This document shows, in pieces, positions 8,026 to 18,029 of a DNA stretch of 64,000 nt. Source of the stretch: Actinomycetota bacterium (GTDB lineage Bacteria > Actinomycetota > UBA4738 > HRBIN12); contig DATIWE010000061.1 in the NCBI GenBank assembly GCA_035519495.1, positions 1,832-65,831 of the forward strand, read 5' to 3'. The translations under genes and the position numbers were made by a program. Positions within the stretch are counted from its first letter, which is position 1. Each line of letters opens with the position of its first letter. Below the pieces are notes generated by a model. That model was given only the letters and a program-made list of their open reading frames with translations. It did no database searches and had not been told where the DNA came from.

Positions 8026-10374
8026 ATGAGCACGCCGTTCCGTGGCGTCGTCAACATCGACATCAAGGACTCGGTCCCGGACTGGGCCCCGTACACGCAG
8101 CCGACGGCTCCTGAGGGAGCGCCCAACATCCTGTACATCGTGCTCGACGACGTCGGCTTCTCTGCGATCGAGCCGTTCGGGGGTCTGATCGAGACGCCGA
8201 ACATCAAGCGGATCATCGACGCCGGCCTCACCTACACCAGCTTCCACACCACCGCGCTCTGCTCGCCGACGCGCTCGTGCCTGCTCACGGGGCGCAACCA
8301 CACCACGAACGGCATGGCGTGCATCACCGAGGCCACGTCCGGTTTCCCGAACGCGAATGGCCACATCCCGTTCGAGAACGCGAACCTCGCCGAGGTCCTG
8401 AGCGAGCGCGGCTGGAACACCTACATCGTCGGCAAGTGGCACCTGTGCGCCGAGGACGAGATGAACCTCGCGTCCTCGAAGCGCCAGTGGCCGCTCGGCC
8501 GCGGGTTCGAGCGCTACTACGGCTTCCTCGGGGGCGAGACGAACCAGTGGTACCCCGACCTGATCCACGACAACCACCCGGTCGCCCCGCCGGCGTCCCC
8601 CGAGGACGGCTACCACCTGTCGGTCGACGTCACGGACAAGGCGATCGAGTTCGTGCAGGACGCGAAGGCGATCGCGCCCGACAAGCCCTTCTTCCTCTAC
8701 TACTGCCCCGGCGCCGCCCACGCGCCGCACCACGTGCCAAGGGAGTGGGCCGATCGCTACAAGGGCGTGTTCGACATGGGCTACGAGGCCTATCGCGAGC
8801 TCGTGTTCAAGCGGCAGAAGGACATGGGGCTGCTCCCCGACAGCGCCGAGCTGTCGCCGATCAACCCGCTCGCGGGCGAGACCAGCCACGACGGCAAGCC
8901 CTGGTCCACGTTCGACGTCGTCCGGCCGTGGGACTCCCTGAGCGAGGACGAGAAGAAGCTGTTCCGTCGGATGGCCGAGGTTTACGCAGGCTTCCTGAGT
9001 CACTTCGACGACCAGCTCGGTCGGCTGCTCGATCACCTCAAGGACAGCGGGCAGCTCGAGAACACGATCGTCGTGCTGGTCTCCGACAACGGCGCGTCGG
9101 GAGAAGGCGGGCCGAACGGATCGGTCAACGAGAACAAGTTCTTCAACGGCATCCCCGACTCCACGGAGGAGAACCTCAAGCTGCTGGACGAGCTCGGCAG
9201 CACGAAGACCTACAACCACTACCCCACCGGGTGGGCCTGGGCGTTCAACACGCCGTTCAAGATGTGGAAGCGGTACGCGAACTTCGAGGGCGGCACGGCC
9301 GACCCGCTGATCGTGTCCTGGCCGGCGAAGATCAAGGAGGTCGGCACGTTCCGGCGGCAGTACACCCACGCGGTGGACATCGTGCCGACGCTCCTGGAGG
9401 CCGTGGGCGTCGAGATGCCCGACGTCGTGAACGGCTACACGCAACACCCGATCGAGGGGGTGAGCTTCGCGTACAGCTTCGACGACGCGGACGCGCCGTC
9501 GAGGAAGGAGACGCAGTTCTACTCGATGCTCGGGACGCGGGCGATATGGCACAAGGGCTGGAAGGCCGCCACGGCGGTGCCTGCGGCCCCAGAGTCCTGG
9601 GGCGACTTCCACCAGCAGCGGTGGGAGCTCTTCCACACCGACGCCGATCCGAGCGAGTGCACGGATCTGGCCGCCGAGCACCCAGAGAAGCTGGAGGAGC
9701 TGACCGCGCTCTGGTGGGCGGAGGCCGGCAGGCTGCAAGCGCTGCCGCTCGAGTCACGCGGGGCGATCGAGATCCTGGGAACGGAGCGGCCGCTGCTCGC
9801 GAAGCCGACGAGCCAGTACGTCTACTTCCCCGGCGGCGCCGAGATCCCGGAGTCGGTCGCGCCGAACATCCGCAACCGCTCCTACACGCTCGCGGCGGAG
9901 GTCGAGATCGACGACGCCGCGACGGCCGGCGGCGTCCTGATCTCGCAGGGATCGCGGTTCGGCGGCCACACCCTGTACGTGAAGGACGGCAAGCTGAAGT
10001 ACGCGTACAACTTCGTCGGCGAACTGGTGCAGGTGGTGGAGTCCGAGGAGAGGGTCCCGAGCGGCCACGTCGTGCTCTCGGCCTCGTTCGAGAAGGCCGG
10101 CGACGGGATGCCGACGCAGGGGACCCTCACCTTGCACATGCGGGACAAGGCGGTTGGCTCGGGGACGATCCGCACGCAGCCGGGCAAGTTCGGCCTGGGC
10201 GGCGGCGGCCTCGTCTTCGGCCGCTCCGGCGCCGAGCCGGTCACCGACGACTACCCCGGTAAGCGGCCCTGGGCGTTCACCGGCGGCACGATCACGCGGG
10301 TCGTGATCGACGTCAGCGGCGACGCGTTCATCGACCTCGCGAAGGAGGCCGCGGCGGCGTTCGCGCGCCAGTAG
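8026..10374 (+). CDS. Cys-type arylsulfatase (mycobacterial AtsA/AtsD-like)
   Basis: VLDDVG, LCSPTRSCLLTGRNH (CxPxR), GKWH and SDNG motifs. Start moved to ATG 8026, which has RBS GGGAGG. No signal peptide. Confidence 0.93.
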   Translation: MSTPFRGVVNIDIKDSVPDWAPYTQPTAPEGAPNILYIVLDDVGFSAIEPFGGLIETPNIKRIIDAGLTYTSFHTTALCSPTRSCLLTGRNHTTNGMACITEATSGFPNANGHIPFENANLAEVLSERGWNTYIVGKWHLCAEDEMNLASSKRQWPLGRGFERYYGFLGGETNQWYPDLIHDNHPVAPPASPEDGYHLSVDVTDKAIEFVQDAKAIAPDKPFFLYYCPGAAHAPHHVPREWADRYKGVFDMGYEAYRELVFKRQKDMGLLPDSAELSPINPLAGETSHDGKPWSTFDVVRPWDSLSEDEKKLFRRMAEVYAGFLSHFDDQLGRLLDHLKDSGQLENTIVVLVSDNGASGEGGPNGSVNENKFFNGIPDSTEENLKLLDELGSTKTYNHYPTGWAWAFNTPFKMWKRYANFEGGTADPLIVSWPAKIKEVGTFRRQYTHAVDIVPTLLEAVGVEMPDVVNGYTQHPIEGVSFAYSFDDADAPSRKETQFYSMLGTRAIWHKGWKAATAVPAAPESWGDFHQQRWELFHTDADPSECTDLAAEHPEKLEELTALWWAEAGRLQALPLESRGAIEILGTERPLLAKPTSQYVYFPGGAEIPESVAPNIRNRSYTLAAEVEIDDAATAGGVLISQGSRFGGHTLYVKDGKLKYAYNFVGELVQVVESEERVPSGHVVLSASFEKAGDGMPTQGTLTLHMRDKAVGSGTIRTQPGKFGLGGGGLVFGRSGAEPVTDDYPGKRPWAFTGGTITRVVIDVSGDAFIDLAKEAAAAFARQ

Positions 10375-10394
10375 CCCGACCCGGAGGAACGATC

Positions 10395-11783
10395 GTGATC
10401 CACGAGCACCGAGACGCCAGCGAAGCGGAGGAGATCTCCGTCAACCCGATGTTCGCTCGCAGCGGGGAGACGAAGATCCCCCGGTGGCGGATCCCCGAGG
10501 GGGAGATGCTCCCCGACTCGGCGTACCAGATCATCCACGACGAGATCCTCCTCGACGGGAACGCGCGCCAGAACCTGGCGACGTTCGTCACGACGTGGAT
10601 GGAGCCACAGGCCTCGCAGCTGTACGCGGAGGCGTTCGACAAGAACATGATCGACCGGGACGAGTACCCGCAGACGGCCGCGATCGAGGAGCGGTGCGTG
10701 CACATCCTGGCCGACCTGTGGAACTCCCCGGAGCCGCACACGACCATCGGCACCTCGACGATCGGCTCGTCCGAGGCATGCATGCTCGCCGGGCTCGCGT
10801 TCAAGCGCCGGTGGGAGGCACGGCGCCGGGACGAGGGCAAGGACATCGCCTCGCCGAACATCGTCGTCAGCGCATCGGTCCAGGTCGTGTGGGAGAAGTT
10901 CGCCGCCTACTGGGACGTCGAGCCTCGCTACGTCCCGGTCTCGAAGGAGCACCCGAACCTCTCCCCCGAGGGCATGCTCGGCGCGGTCGACGACCACACG
11001 ATCTGCGTGGTCGCGATCCTCGGCGTGACGTACACGGGGGATTACGAGCCCGTGAAAGAGCTCGCGCTCGCGCTCGACGATCTCCAGGCGCGGACGGGGC
11101 TCGACGTGCCGCTGCACGTCGACGGCGCCTCCGGCGCGTTCATCGCCCCGTTCCTGGACCCCGAACTCGAATGGGACTTCCGCGTGTCGCGCGTGCACTC
11201 GATCAACGCGTCGGGTCACAAGTTCGGGTTGGTCTATCCCGGGCTCGGCTGGGTGGTCTGGGCCAAGCGCGAGTATCTGCCGGACGAGTTGATCTTCACC
11301 GTGAGCTACCTCGGCGGCGCCATGCCGACCCTCGCGATCAACTTCTCCCGCCCCGGCGCCCAGGTGCTGCTCCAGTACTACAACTTCCTCCGCCTGGGCC
11401 GGGAGGGCTACCGGCGGGTCCACGCCGCGTGCCGCGACTCGGCGCAGCGGTTCGCGAACGAGATCGACGCCATGGAGCCGTTCGAGCTGGTCTCGAACGG
11501 TTCGATGATGCCGCTCGTCACCTGGACGTTGGCGAAGGAACGGCCGTGGGACCTGCACGATCTCTCGGCGAAGCTCCGGGAGCGTGGATGGCAGGTGCCG
11601 GCGTATCCGATGCCGGCCGATATGCAGGACGTCACCGTGATGCGCGTCGTGTTCCGCAACGGTGTGTCGATGGACCTCACCGACCTGCTGCTCGCCGACA
11701 TCCGGAGCTCCATGAAGGTCCTCGATGCGCTCCCGGCGCCGTTGCCGAAGACGGAGACCCCGAAGAGCGCGTTCCACCACTGA
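10395..11783 (+). CDS. gadB: Glutamate decarboxylase
   Basis: DGNARQNLATFVTTW, KNMIDRDEYPQT, HVDGASG and PLP-lysine motif SGHKFGLVYPG. Confidence 0.93.
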   Translation: MIHEHRDASEAEEISVNPMFARSGETKIPRWRIPEGEMLPDSAYQIIHDEILLDGNARQNLATFVTTWMEPQASQLYAEAFDKNMIDRDEYPQTAAIEERCVHILADLWNSPEPHTTIGTSTIGSSEACMLAGLAFKRRWEARRRDEGKDIASPNIVVSASVQVVWEKFAAYWDVEPRYVPVSKEHPNLSPEGMLGAVDDHTICVVAILGVTYTGDYEPVKELALALDDLQARTGLDVPLHVDGASGAFIAPFLDPELEWDFRVSRVHSINASGHKFGLVYPGLGWVVWAKREYLPDELIFTVSYLGGAMPTLAINFSRPGAQVLLQYYNFLRLGREGYRRVHAACRDSAQRFANEIDAMEPFELVSNGSMMPLVTWTLAKERPWDLHDLSAKLRERGWQVPAYPMPADMQDVTVMRVVFRNGVSMDLTDLLLADIRSSMKVLDALPAPLPKTETPKSAFHH

Positions 11784-11811
11784 CGTTCGACGTTCGCGAA
11801 CGCCGCCGCGC

Positions 11812-13461
11812 TCAAGCGATCCGGCCGCGGCGCAACGTCACCACCTGATCGACGAGGTCGAGGCCCTCGGTGCGGTGCGTGATGAGGAGCACCGAGCGAC
11901 CGTCGCCGGCCGCCAGCGCGTCCGCGATGATCGCGGTCGCGGTGGGCGGATCGAGATGCGCGGTCGGCTCGTCGAGGACCACCACCGGCGCGTCGGCGAG
12001 GAACGTCCGGGCGAGCGCGATCCGGCGGCGCTCACCGCCCGAGACGGCCGCGCCATCCTCCCCCACGAATGTGTGCCAGCCGTCGGGCAAGGACTCGACC
12101 CACTCCCAGATCTTCGCGCGTCGCAGGGCGACCTCGACCGCGGTGTCGTCGGCGCCCGCTCGCGCCAGGCGCACGTTCTCGAGGATCGTGGTCGCGAAGA
12201 GGAAGGCGTCCTGACGATCGAGCGTCACGCGGGACCGGACGTCGTACTGGCTGAGCGACCGGACGTCCGCACCGCCCAACGTCACGCGGCCTTGGTCGGG
12301 ATCGATGAACCGAACGAGCAAGGAGGCAACCGTGCTCTTGCCCGATCCCGACGCCCCCACGAGCGCGATCTTCCGTCCCTGCGGGACCAGGAGATCGACA
12401 TCGCGGAGCGCCCACGATCCCTCGGACGGGTAGGCGAAGTCGACGTCCTCGAGCGCGACCGGCGTGACGGACGGAAGCTCACCGGGCTCGGCCGGCTCGA
12501 GCACCGCCGGTCCTCGCCGGGTTACGTCCAGCAGCCGCTCGCCCGCTGCGAGCGTCTCGCGGAGCTCGAGCGCCGCGGCCGGGAGCGGAGCGACGCACTC
12601 GAACGAGGCCATCGCCAGCAGCGCGACCGATGCCACCAGCACGCGGTTCAATGCTCCGATCTCCGTCGCGTGGACGCAGACGGCGAGGACCCCGACCACG
12701 GTGAGCCAGGTGACGATCACGCTCATCGCCTCGACGACCCCCCCGACGAACGCGCTCCGCCGCCCGCGGCCCGCGAGCTCATCGTCGAGCGCATCGATGC
12801 GTGCGACGGCGTCATGATCGGCGCCCAGGACCAAGAGCTCGGGACCGCCTCGGAGGACGTCGACGAGCTCGGCCGTGAGCTCAGCGCGCACCGCCCCCCG
12901 ACCCCGTGCGGCCCGGCCGCCCGTTGCCACCGCGAGCGCCGGGATGCAGATACCGCCGACCAGCAGGCCGGCCGCGAGGATCGCACCCGCCGCGGGAACG
13001 AACAGCGCCGCGATCACGACCGAGATCACCCCGGCCGCCGCCGCGACGAGCGCCGGCGTGACGCCGCGCAGGAACAGGTTCTGCATCGCGTCGACGTCGC
13101 CCACCATGCGGGCCAGGAGGTCGCCGTGCCGGTAGCCCTCCACGCGGGCCGGGACCTGCGGTTCGAGGGCGCGGAAGAACGTGCCGCGCAGACGCGCGAG
13201 CACCCGGAACGCCAGGTCGTGCGACTCGAGCCGGTCGAAGTAGCGAGCGATCGGTCGCCCGATCCCGCACGCACGCACGAGGACCATGGCGACGGTGAGC
13301 TCGAGGATCGGCGGATGCTCGGCGGCGCGCGAGATCACGTAGCCGGCCAGCGACATCAGGCCGACCCCGAGCAGCACCGTCAGGGATCCCAGCGCGACGG
13401 TGAGTGCGACGCGGCCCTTGGGCGGCTTCCCCATCCTGATCAGCTCGGCGAGCGTGCTCAC
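11812..13461 (-). CDS. cydC: Thiol reductant ABC exporter CydC
   Basis: Starts at GTG 13461 overlapping the cydD stop (GTGA). RYFDRLESHDLAFR, Walker A GASGSGKS, SGGERRR signature. Confidence 0.9.
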   Translation of the reverse strand: MSTLAELIRMGKPPKGRVALTVALGSLTVLLGVGLMSLAGYVISRAAEHPPILELTVAMVLVRACGIGRPIARYFDRLESHDLAFRVLARLRGTFFRALEPQVPARVEGYRHGDLLARMVGDVDAMQNLFLRGVTPALVAAAAGVISVVIAALFVPAAGAILAAGLLVGGICIPALAVATGGRAARGRGAVRAELTAELVDVLRGGPELLVLGADHDAVARIDALDDELAGRGRRSAFVGGVVEAMSVIVTWLTVVGVLAVCVHATEIGALNRVLVASVALLAMASFECVAPLPAAALELRETLAAGERLLDVTRRGPAVLEPAEPGELPSVTPVALEDVDFAYPSEGSWALRDVDLLVPQGRKIALVGASGSGKSTVASLLVRFIDPDQGRVTLGGADVRSLSQYDVRSRVTLDRQDAFLFATTILENVRLARAGADDTAVEVALRRAKIWEWVESLPDGWHTFVGEDGAAVSGGERRRIALARTFLADAPVVVLDEPTAHLDPPTATAIIADALAAGDGRSVLLITHRTEGLDLVDQVVTLRRGRIA

Positions 13462-15122
13462 GGCAACATCGCCCGTTCCACCGCCTCGACGGCTTTCCCG
13501 TCCGCGAGCCGGACGACCCGGTCGGCCACGAGCGCCAGCTCGGGGTCGTGCGCGATCAGGAGGACGGCGCGCGAGGGGTCGATCGCCCGGATCGACGTCG
13601 CGATCGTGGCGGCGCTGTCCGCGTCCAGGTTCGCCGTCGGCTCGTCGAGGATGAGCAGCGGGGCCGCGCTCACCAGCGTCCGCGCGAGTGCGAGGCGCCG
13701 CGTCTCCCCCGCCGACAGCTCGCGCCCACCCTCTCCGACCACACTGTCGTAGCCCTCGGGGAGATCCTCGACGACCGACGCGAACCCAGCCCTTTCGGAC
13801 GCATCCCGGATCTCCGCGTCCGATGCTCGCGGGTTCCCGAGCGCGATGTTGTGGCGGACGCTGCCGCGGAAGATCGTCGGCCGTTGCGGCAGCCAGGCGA
13901 CCTGTCGCCTCCAGCGTCTGGGGTCGAGCGTGCCCAGATCCGCGCCGTCCACCACCACGCGTCCTCGGTCGGGGCTGCGCAGACCGAGCAGGAGGGACGC
14001 CACCGTCGACTTCCCGGCGCCGCTCGGACCGACGAGCGCGACCACCTCGCCCCGGTCGATCCGCAGATCGACGCCGCCCAGCACTGGAGCCCCTCGACCC
14101 GGGTTCGCGAGCATCACGTCTTCCAGCCCAACGTTCTGCCACGTGACCGCCGGGGCCGAAGACCCTTCCGCGACGCTCGGCGCCTCGATCAGATCGAAGA
14201 TCCGCTCGGCGGCCGCGAGGCCGTCGGCACTGACGTGGAACTGCGCCGCCAGGCTCCTGAGCGGCGCATAGAGCTCCGGCGTCAACAGCAGGACGGTGAG
14301 GGCGGGCCGAAGCCCGACCTCTCCATCGATCAGCCGCACGCCCAGCGTGACCGCCACGAGCGCGGTGGCCAGCGTGGCCGCCAGGTCCAGCACGGCGCCC
14401 GAGAGGAAGCTGACCCGGAGCGTCTCCATCGTGGTCCGGCGATAGGCTTCGCTCACCGCCTCGATCCGCTCCGCTTGCGCCGCACCCCGGTTGAACGCAC
14501 GGAGCGTCGGCAGGCCTCGCACGACGTCGAGGAAGTGGTTCGACAAGCGCGCGAGCGCGTCCCATCGAGCACGCGTCTTCGCCTCCGTGTACCTGCCGAT
14601 CAGCACCATGAACATCGGGATGAGCGGGAGGGTCACGAGCATGATCACGGCAGACGTCGGATCGATGTCCGCGGTCCACACCAGCACGGCGACCGGCACC
14701 AGCACCGCGAGCACCACCTGCGGGAGGTACCGTCCGAAGTAGGCCTCGAGGCCGTCGACGCCCGCGACGGCCGCCGTCGCCAGCTCACCCGCCTCAACCG
14801 GCTCGTCCGTCGCGGGCGCTGCATGCAGGCGCGAGGAGACGAGTGCCAAGCGGAGCTCTGACATCACCCGCGTCGCGGCGAGACGTCCGGTCGTCTCGAA
14901 CGCTCCCGCCAGGAGGCCGCGGACCACCACCACGGTGGCGAACAGCACGAGCGCGCGAGCCGGGAACGGCCGGCCGTCGAACGCGCGCGTGACGATCAGC
15001 GCGAACAGCGTCGCCTGGACGAGGAGCAGGACCGTCGCGAGGAACCCGAAGCAGATGTCGGCGACGAGCGTGCTTCGGACCGCGCCGGCACGGCGCAGCA
15101 ACCGGGGATCGAACGGGTGCAC
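13458..15122 (-). CDS. cydD: Thiol reductant ABC exporter CydD
   Basis: YFGRYLPQ, FLDVVRGLPTL, LLLTPELYAPLR, GPSGAGKS. Directly downstream of cydB. Confidence 0.92.
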   Translation of the reverse strand: MHPFDPRLLRRAGAVRSTLVADICFGFLATVLLLVQATLFALIVTRAFDGRPFPARALVLFATVVVVRGLLAGAFETTGRLAATRVMSELRLALVSSRLHAAPATDEPVEAGELATAAVAGVDGLEAYFGRYLPQVVLAVLVPVAVLVWTADIDPTSAVIMLVTLPLIPMFMVLIGRYTEAKTRARWDALARLSNHFLDVVRGLPTLRAFNRGAAQAERIEAVSEAYRRTTMETLRVSFLSGAVLDLAATLATALVAVTLGVRLIDGEVGLRPALTVLLLTPELYAPLRSLAAQFHVSADGLAAAERIFDLIEAPSVAEGSSAPAVTWQNVGLEDVMLANPGRGAPVLGGVDLRIDRGEVVALVGPSGAGKSTVASLLLGLRSPDRGRVVVDGADLGTLDPRRWRRQVAWLPQRPTIFRGSVRHNIALGNPRASDAEIRDASERAGFASVVEDLPEGYDSVVGEGGRELSAGETRRLALARTLVSAAPLLILDEPTANLDADSAATIATSIRAIDPSRAVLLIAHDPELALVADRVVRLADGKAVEAVERAMLP

Positions 15123-15126
15123 GGCC

Positions 15127-16146
15127 TCAGTGCGCCGCAGGCTCGGCTGCGGGTTCGAAGTCCGAGGTCCCGATCCGCTTGCGGAACACGTGGTACGTCC
15201 ACGCCTGGTAGATCAGCACGATCGGCAGGAAGATCACCGCGACCACGGTCATCACCTTCAACGCGTACGGCGACGACGAAGCGTTCGTGACCGTCAGGTT
15301 GTACGCGGCGTTCGTGCTGGACACCATGACGTTGGGATAGAGGTCGATGAAGATCGACAGAACGGTGGCGCCCATCGCGAACGTGGTCATCGTGAACGCC
15401 CATCCCTCCCGACGATCGCTCAGCAACCAGCCGGCTCCGAAGATCGCGAGCACCGCCGCGGTCGACAGCAGATCAGGGAAGGCGCCGTGGTGGATCGTGA
15501 CCTGCGTCCAGATGCCGAAGATCAGCACCGCGATCCCGGTCGCGAGCGTCTGGGTCCGGGCGATGCGGTGGGCGCGGTCGCTGAGATCGCCCGTGGTCTT
15601 CAGCGACAGGAACGTCGCGCCGTGGAGGAGACACAGCGAGACGAACGTGAGGCCGGCGAAGATGGAGTACGGACTGAGGAGGTCCCAGAACGTCCCCGTG
15701 TACTCCTGGTTCGCGTCGATGGGGAGGCCGTGCAGCAGGTCCGCGAGCGCGACCCCGATCAGGAAGGGCGCCAACAAGCTGCCGAACGTGAGCGCGAGCC
15801 CCCACCCCCGACGCCACCGGTCGCTCTCGCGCTTGCCCCGGAACTCGAACGAGACGCCCCGCCCGATCAGCGCGACGAGCAGGAGCACCATCGCGAGGTA
15901 CAGGCCCGAGAACATCGTCGCGTACCAGGGCGGGAACGCCGCGAAGATCGCCGCGCCGGCCGTGATCAGCCACACCTCGTTGCCGTCCCAGAACGGCCCG
16001 ATCGTGTTGATCAGTGCACGACGCTCCACGTCGTCCTTGCCGATCACGGAGTGCAGCATGCCGACGCCGAAGTCGAACCCCTCCAGCACGAAGAACCCGG
16101 TCCACAGGACCGCGATCGCGATGAACCAGAACACCTGGAGTCCCAT
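15127..16146 (-). CDS. cydB: Cytochrome bd ubiquinol oxidase subunit II
   Basis: LEGFDFGVG and IGPFWDGNEVWLI motifs. Confidence 0.96.
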   Translation of the reverse strand: MGLQVFWFIAIAVLWTGFFVLEGFDFGVGMLHSVIGKDDVERRALINTIGPFWDGNEVWLITAGAAIFAAFPPWYATMFSGLYLAMVLLLVALIGRGVSFEFRGKRESDRWRRGWGLALTFGSLLAPFLIGVALADLLHGLPIDANQEYTGTFWDLLSPYSIFAGLTFVSLCLLHGATFLSLKTTGDLSDRAHRIARTQTLATGIAVLIFGIWTQVTIHHGAFPDLLSTAAVLAIFGAGWLLSDRREGWAFTMTTFAMGATVLSIFIDLYPNVMVSSTNAAYNLTVTNASSSPYALKVMTVVAVIFLPIVLIYQAWTYHVFRKRIGTSDFEPAAEPAAH

Positions 16147-16156
16147 CCTGTCGCTC

Positions 16157-17548
16157 CTAGTAGGTCATCGCCGCGGCCTCCGACGCGCCGCTCTCGCCCA
16201 ACTCCGGCGCAGGTTCGATCTCCTTGCGCCCGAAGCGGAACATCAGTGTCCAGCACAGGATCGCCAGCCCCGCGTACAGGAGCACGAAGATCGTCAAGCT
16301 GATCCAGATCATCGTGGTGCTCACCGACGCAGACACGCCCTGGCTCGTGGTCTGCAACCCCTGCACGATCCACGGCTGTCGCCCGTTCTCGGTCAGCATC
16401 CAGCCAGCGGTATTGATCAGGAACGGGAGGATGACCGCCCACGGAGCCACGAGCAGGAACCACTTCGCCGTGCGGAGTTTCTTCCTCCGGACGAGCCAGA
16501 GACCCCAGGCAGCGAAGAGGAACACGATGCAGCCGAGGTAGGCCATGACCCGCATCGACCAGTACTGGATGAACACGTTCGGGATGTAGCTGAAGTCACC
16601 GCCGTACTGCTGCTGGTATTGCTGGTTGAGCTCGTTGAGACCGACCACCTGCCCGTCCCACGAGTCATCCGCAAGGAGCGACAGCAGGTGCGGGATCGCG
16701 AGGATCTTCGTCGGCGTCTCGTCGTTCTTCCCCCCGCCGATCTGGAAGACCGAGAACGAGCACGGCTGGCAGGTCTGCCACTGCGCCTCCATCGCCGAGA
16801 CCTTCATCGGTTGGTAGGTGGTCTCGATCACGCCGAGATGGCTCCCGACCAGCAGCGCGAACAGGATCGCCGGCAGCAGCACGGTCAGTGACAGCCTGGC
16901 CGTCCGATCGAACGCCTCGGGCTGCGAGCCGCGACGGAGGTGCCAGGTGGAGACGGCCAGCATCAGAACGCTGCCGGTGACCAGCGAGGCCAAGAGCACG
17001 TGGAGGTACCCCCACAGGAAGACCGGGTTCGTGAGCACGGCCCAGATGTTCGTGAGCTCGGCCCTGCCGTTGTTGAGGGTGTAGCCGACAGGGTGCTGCA
17101 TCCACGAGTTCGCGGCCATGATGAACGCGGCGGACAGCGCCGCCCCGAACGCCACGAGCCAGATCGTGGCCAGGTGGACCCGTTCGGGCAACCTGCCCCA
17201 TCCGAACAACCATAGGCCGAGGAAGGTCGACTCCAGGAAGAACGCCGCGAGTCCCTCCATCGCGAGCGGCGCGCCGAACACGTCACCTACGAACTTCGAG
17301 TACGCCGACCAGTTCATGCCGAACTGGAACTCCTGCACGAGTCCCGTCACGACGCCGACCGCGATGTTGATCACGAGGAGCGCGCCGAAGAAACGAGTCA
17401 GCCGAAGGTACTCGTCGTCACGCTTCCGGTACCAAGTCGTCTGGAGTAAGGCAACCAGGAAGGCCAGCCCGATGGTCACGGGAACGAACAGGAAGTGGTA
17501 GATGCTGGTCGTTGCGAACTGGAGCCGGGCCAGATCCAGGTTCGTCAC
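16157..17548 (-). CDS. cydA: Cytochrome bd ubiquinol oxidase subunit I
   Basis: YHFLFVP, GLVQEFQFGMNW, FFLEST, QPMK and GWMLTENGRQPW motifs. RBS GGGAGG. Confidence 0.96.
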   Translation of the reverse strand: MTNLDLARLQFATTSIYHFLFVPVTIGLAFLVALLQTTWYRKRDDEYLRLTRFFGALLVINIAVGVVTGLVQEFQFGMNWSAYSKFVGDVFGAPLAMEGLAAFFLESTFLGLWLFGWGRLPERVHLATIWLVAFGAALSAAFIMAANSWMQHPVGYTLNNGRAELTNIWAVLTNPVFLWGYLHVLLASLVTGSVLMLAVSTWHLRRGSQPEAFDRTARLSLTVLLPAILFALLVGSHLGVIETTYQPMKVSAMEAQWQTCQPCSFSVFQIGGGKNDETPTKILAIPHLLSLLADDSWDGQVVGLNELNQQYQQQYGGDFSYIPNVFIQYWSMRVMAYLGCIVFLFAAWGLWLVRRKKLRTAKWFLLVAPWAVILPFLINTAGWMLTENGRQPWIVQGLQTTSQGVSASVSTTMIWISLTIFVLLYAGLAILCWTLMFRFGRKEIEPAPELGESGASEAAAMTY

Positions 17549-17693
17549 ACCGCGCGCCCTCCCGTTCGCTCGGGCACCTTACCGCACACGCCGTCCAAGG
17601 CCTCCATCGAGGATCCAGAGGCCATCGTTCAGCGTCGGACGCTACCCAGGCATCATCCGAGGAGGATGATCCCCGCGTGTGGCCAGAACATGA

Positions 17694-17720
17694 ACGAGGC
17701 GCCCCGGAAGGACGCCTCGT
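17694..17720 (-). terminator. Probable intrinsic terminator of the acidic small protein gene
   Basis: Minus strand ACGAGGCG-11 nt-CGCCTCGT followed by TCATGTTCT, about 20 nt after the stop at 17740. Confidence 0.55.
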
Positions 17721-17739
17721 CCTGAAGCGCTTCGAGGGG

Positions 17740-17997
17740 TCAATCTTCCTCGTCGTCGTCCGCGCCCTCGGCGAGAACAACGGCGGCGGCCGCGTCGGCC
17801 TCCGCCCGATCCGCCAGATCCTCCGAGGCCACCTCCTCGACGAACGCCTCGTCCGCGAGTCGGTCGGCCGCGTCGCGGAGCATGGCCGACTCGGCGGCCT
17901 TCTCCACGGCGTCTTCGTGCAGCGCATCCGACGCAGCGGCCTCGGCCAGCGCGTCCTCGGCCGCCTCGGTCGCCGCGTCCTTCATCTCATCGCTCAT
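17740..17997 (-). CDS. Hypothetical 85-aa Ala/Asp/Glu-rich acidic protein
   Basis: MSDEMKDAATEAAEDALAE...GADDDEED. RBS GGAAGG upstream, terminator downstream. Confidence 0.75.
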   Translation of the reverse strand: MSDEMKDAATEAAEDALAEAAASDALHEDAVEKAAESAMLRDAADRLADEAFVEEVASEDLADRAEADAAAAVVLAEGADDDEED

Positions 17998-18029
17998 CCC
18001 CGGTCCCTTCCGTCGGTCGGTGTCGCAGC

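Noticed and set aside
11791-11802. CGTTCGCGAACG palindrome between gadB and cydC
   Set aside because: Too short for a stable hairpin with a loop and no U-tract. It may contribute to termination but is not supportable as a feature.
11812-14679. 955-aa ORF as an extended CydC
   Set aside because: The N-terminal 400 aa overlap cydD out of frame. The GTGA overlap at 13458-13461 marks the real start.
17549-17693. Rex operator or riboswitch upstream of cydA
   Set aside because: No TTGTGAA-N4-TTCACAA-like site. The short hairpins lie upstream of a likely TAAGGT -10 near the RBS and match no riboswitch I recognise.
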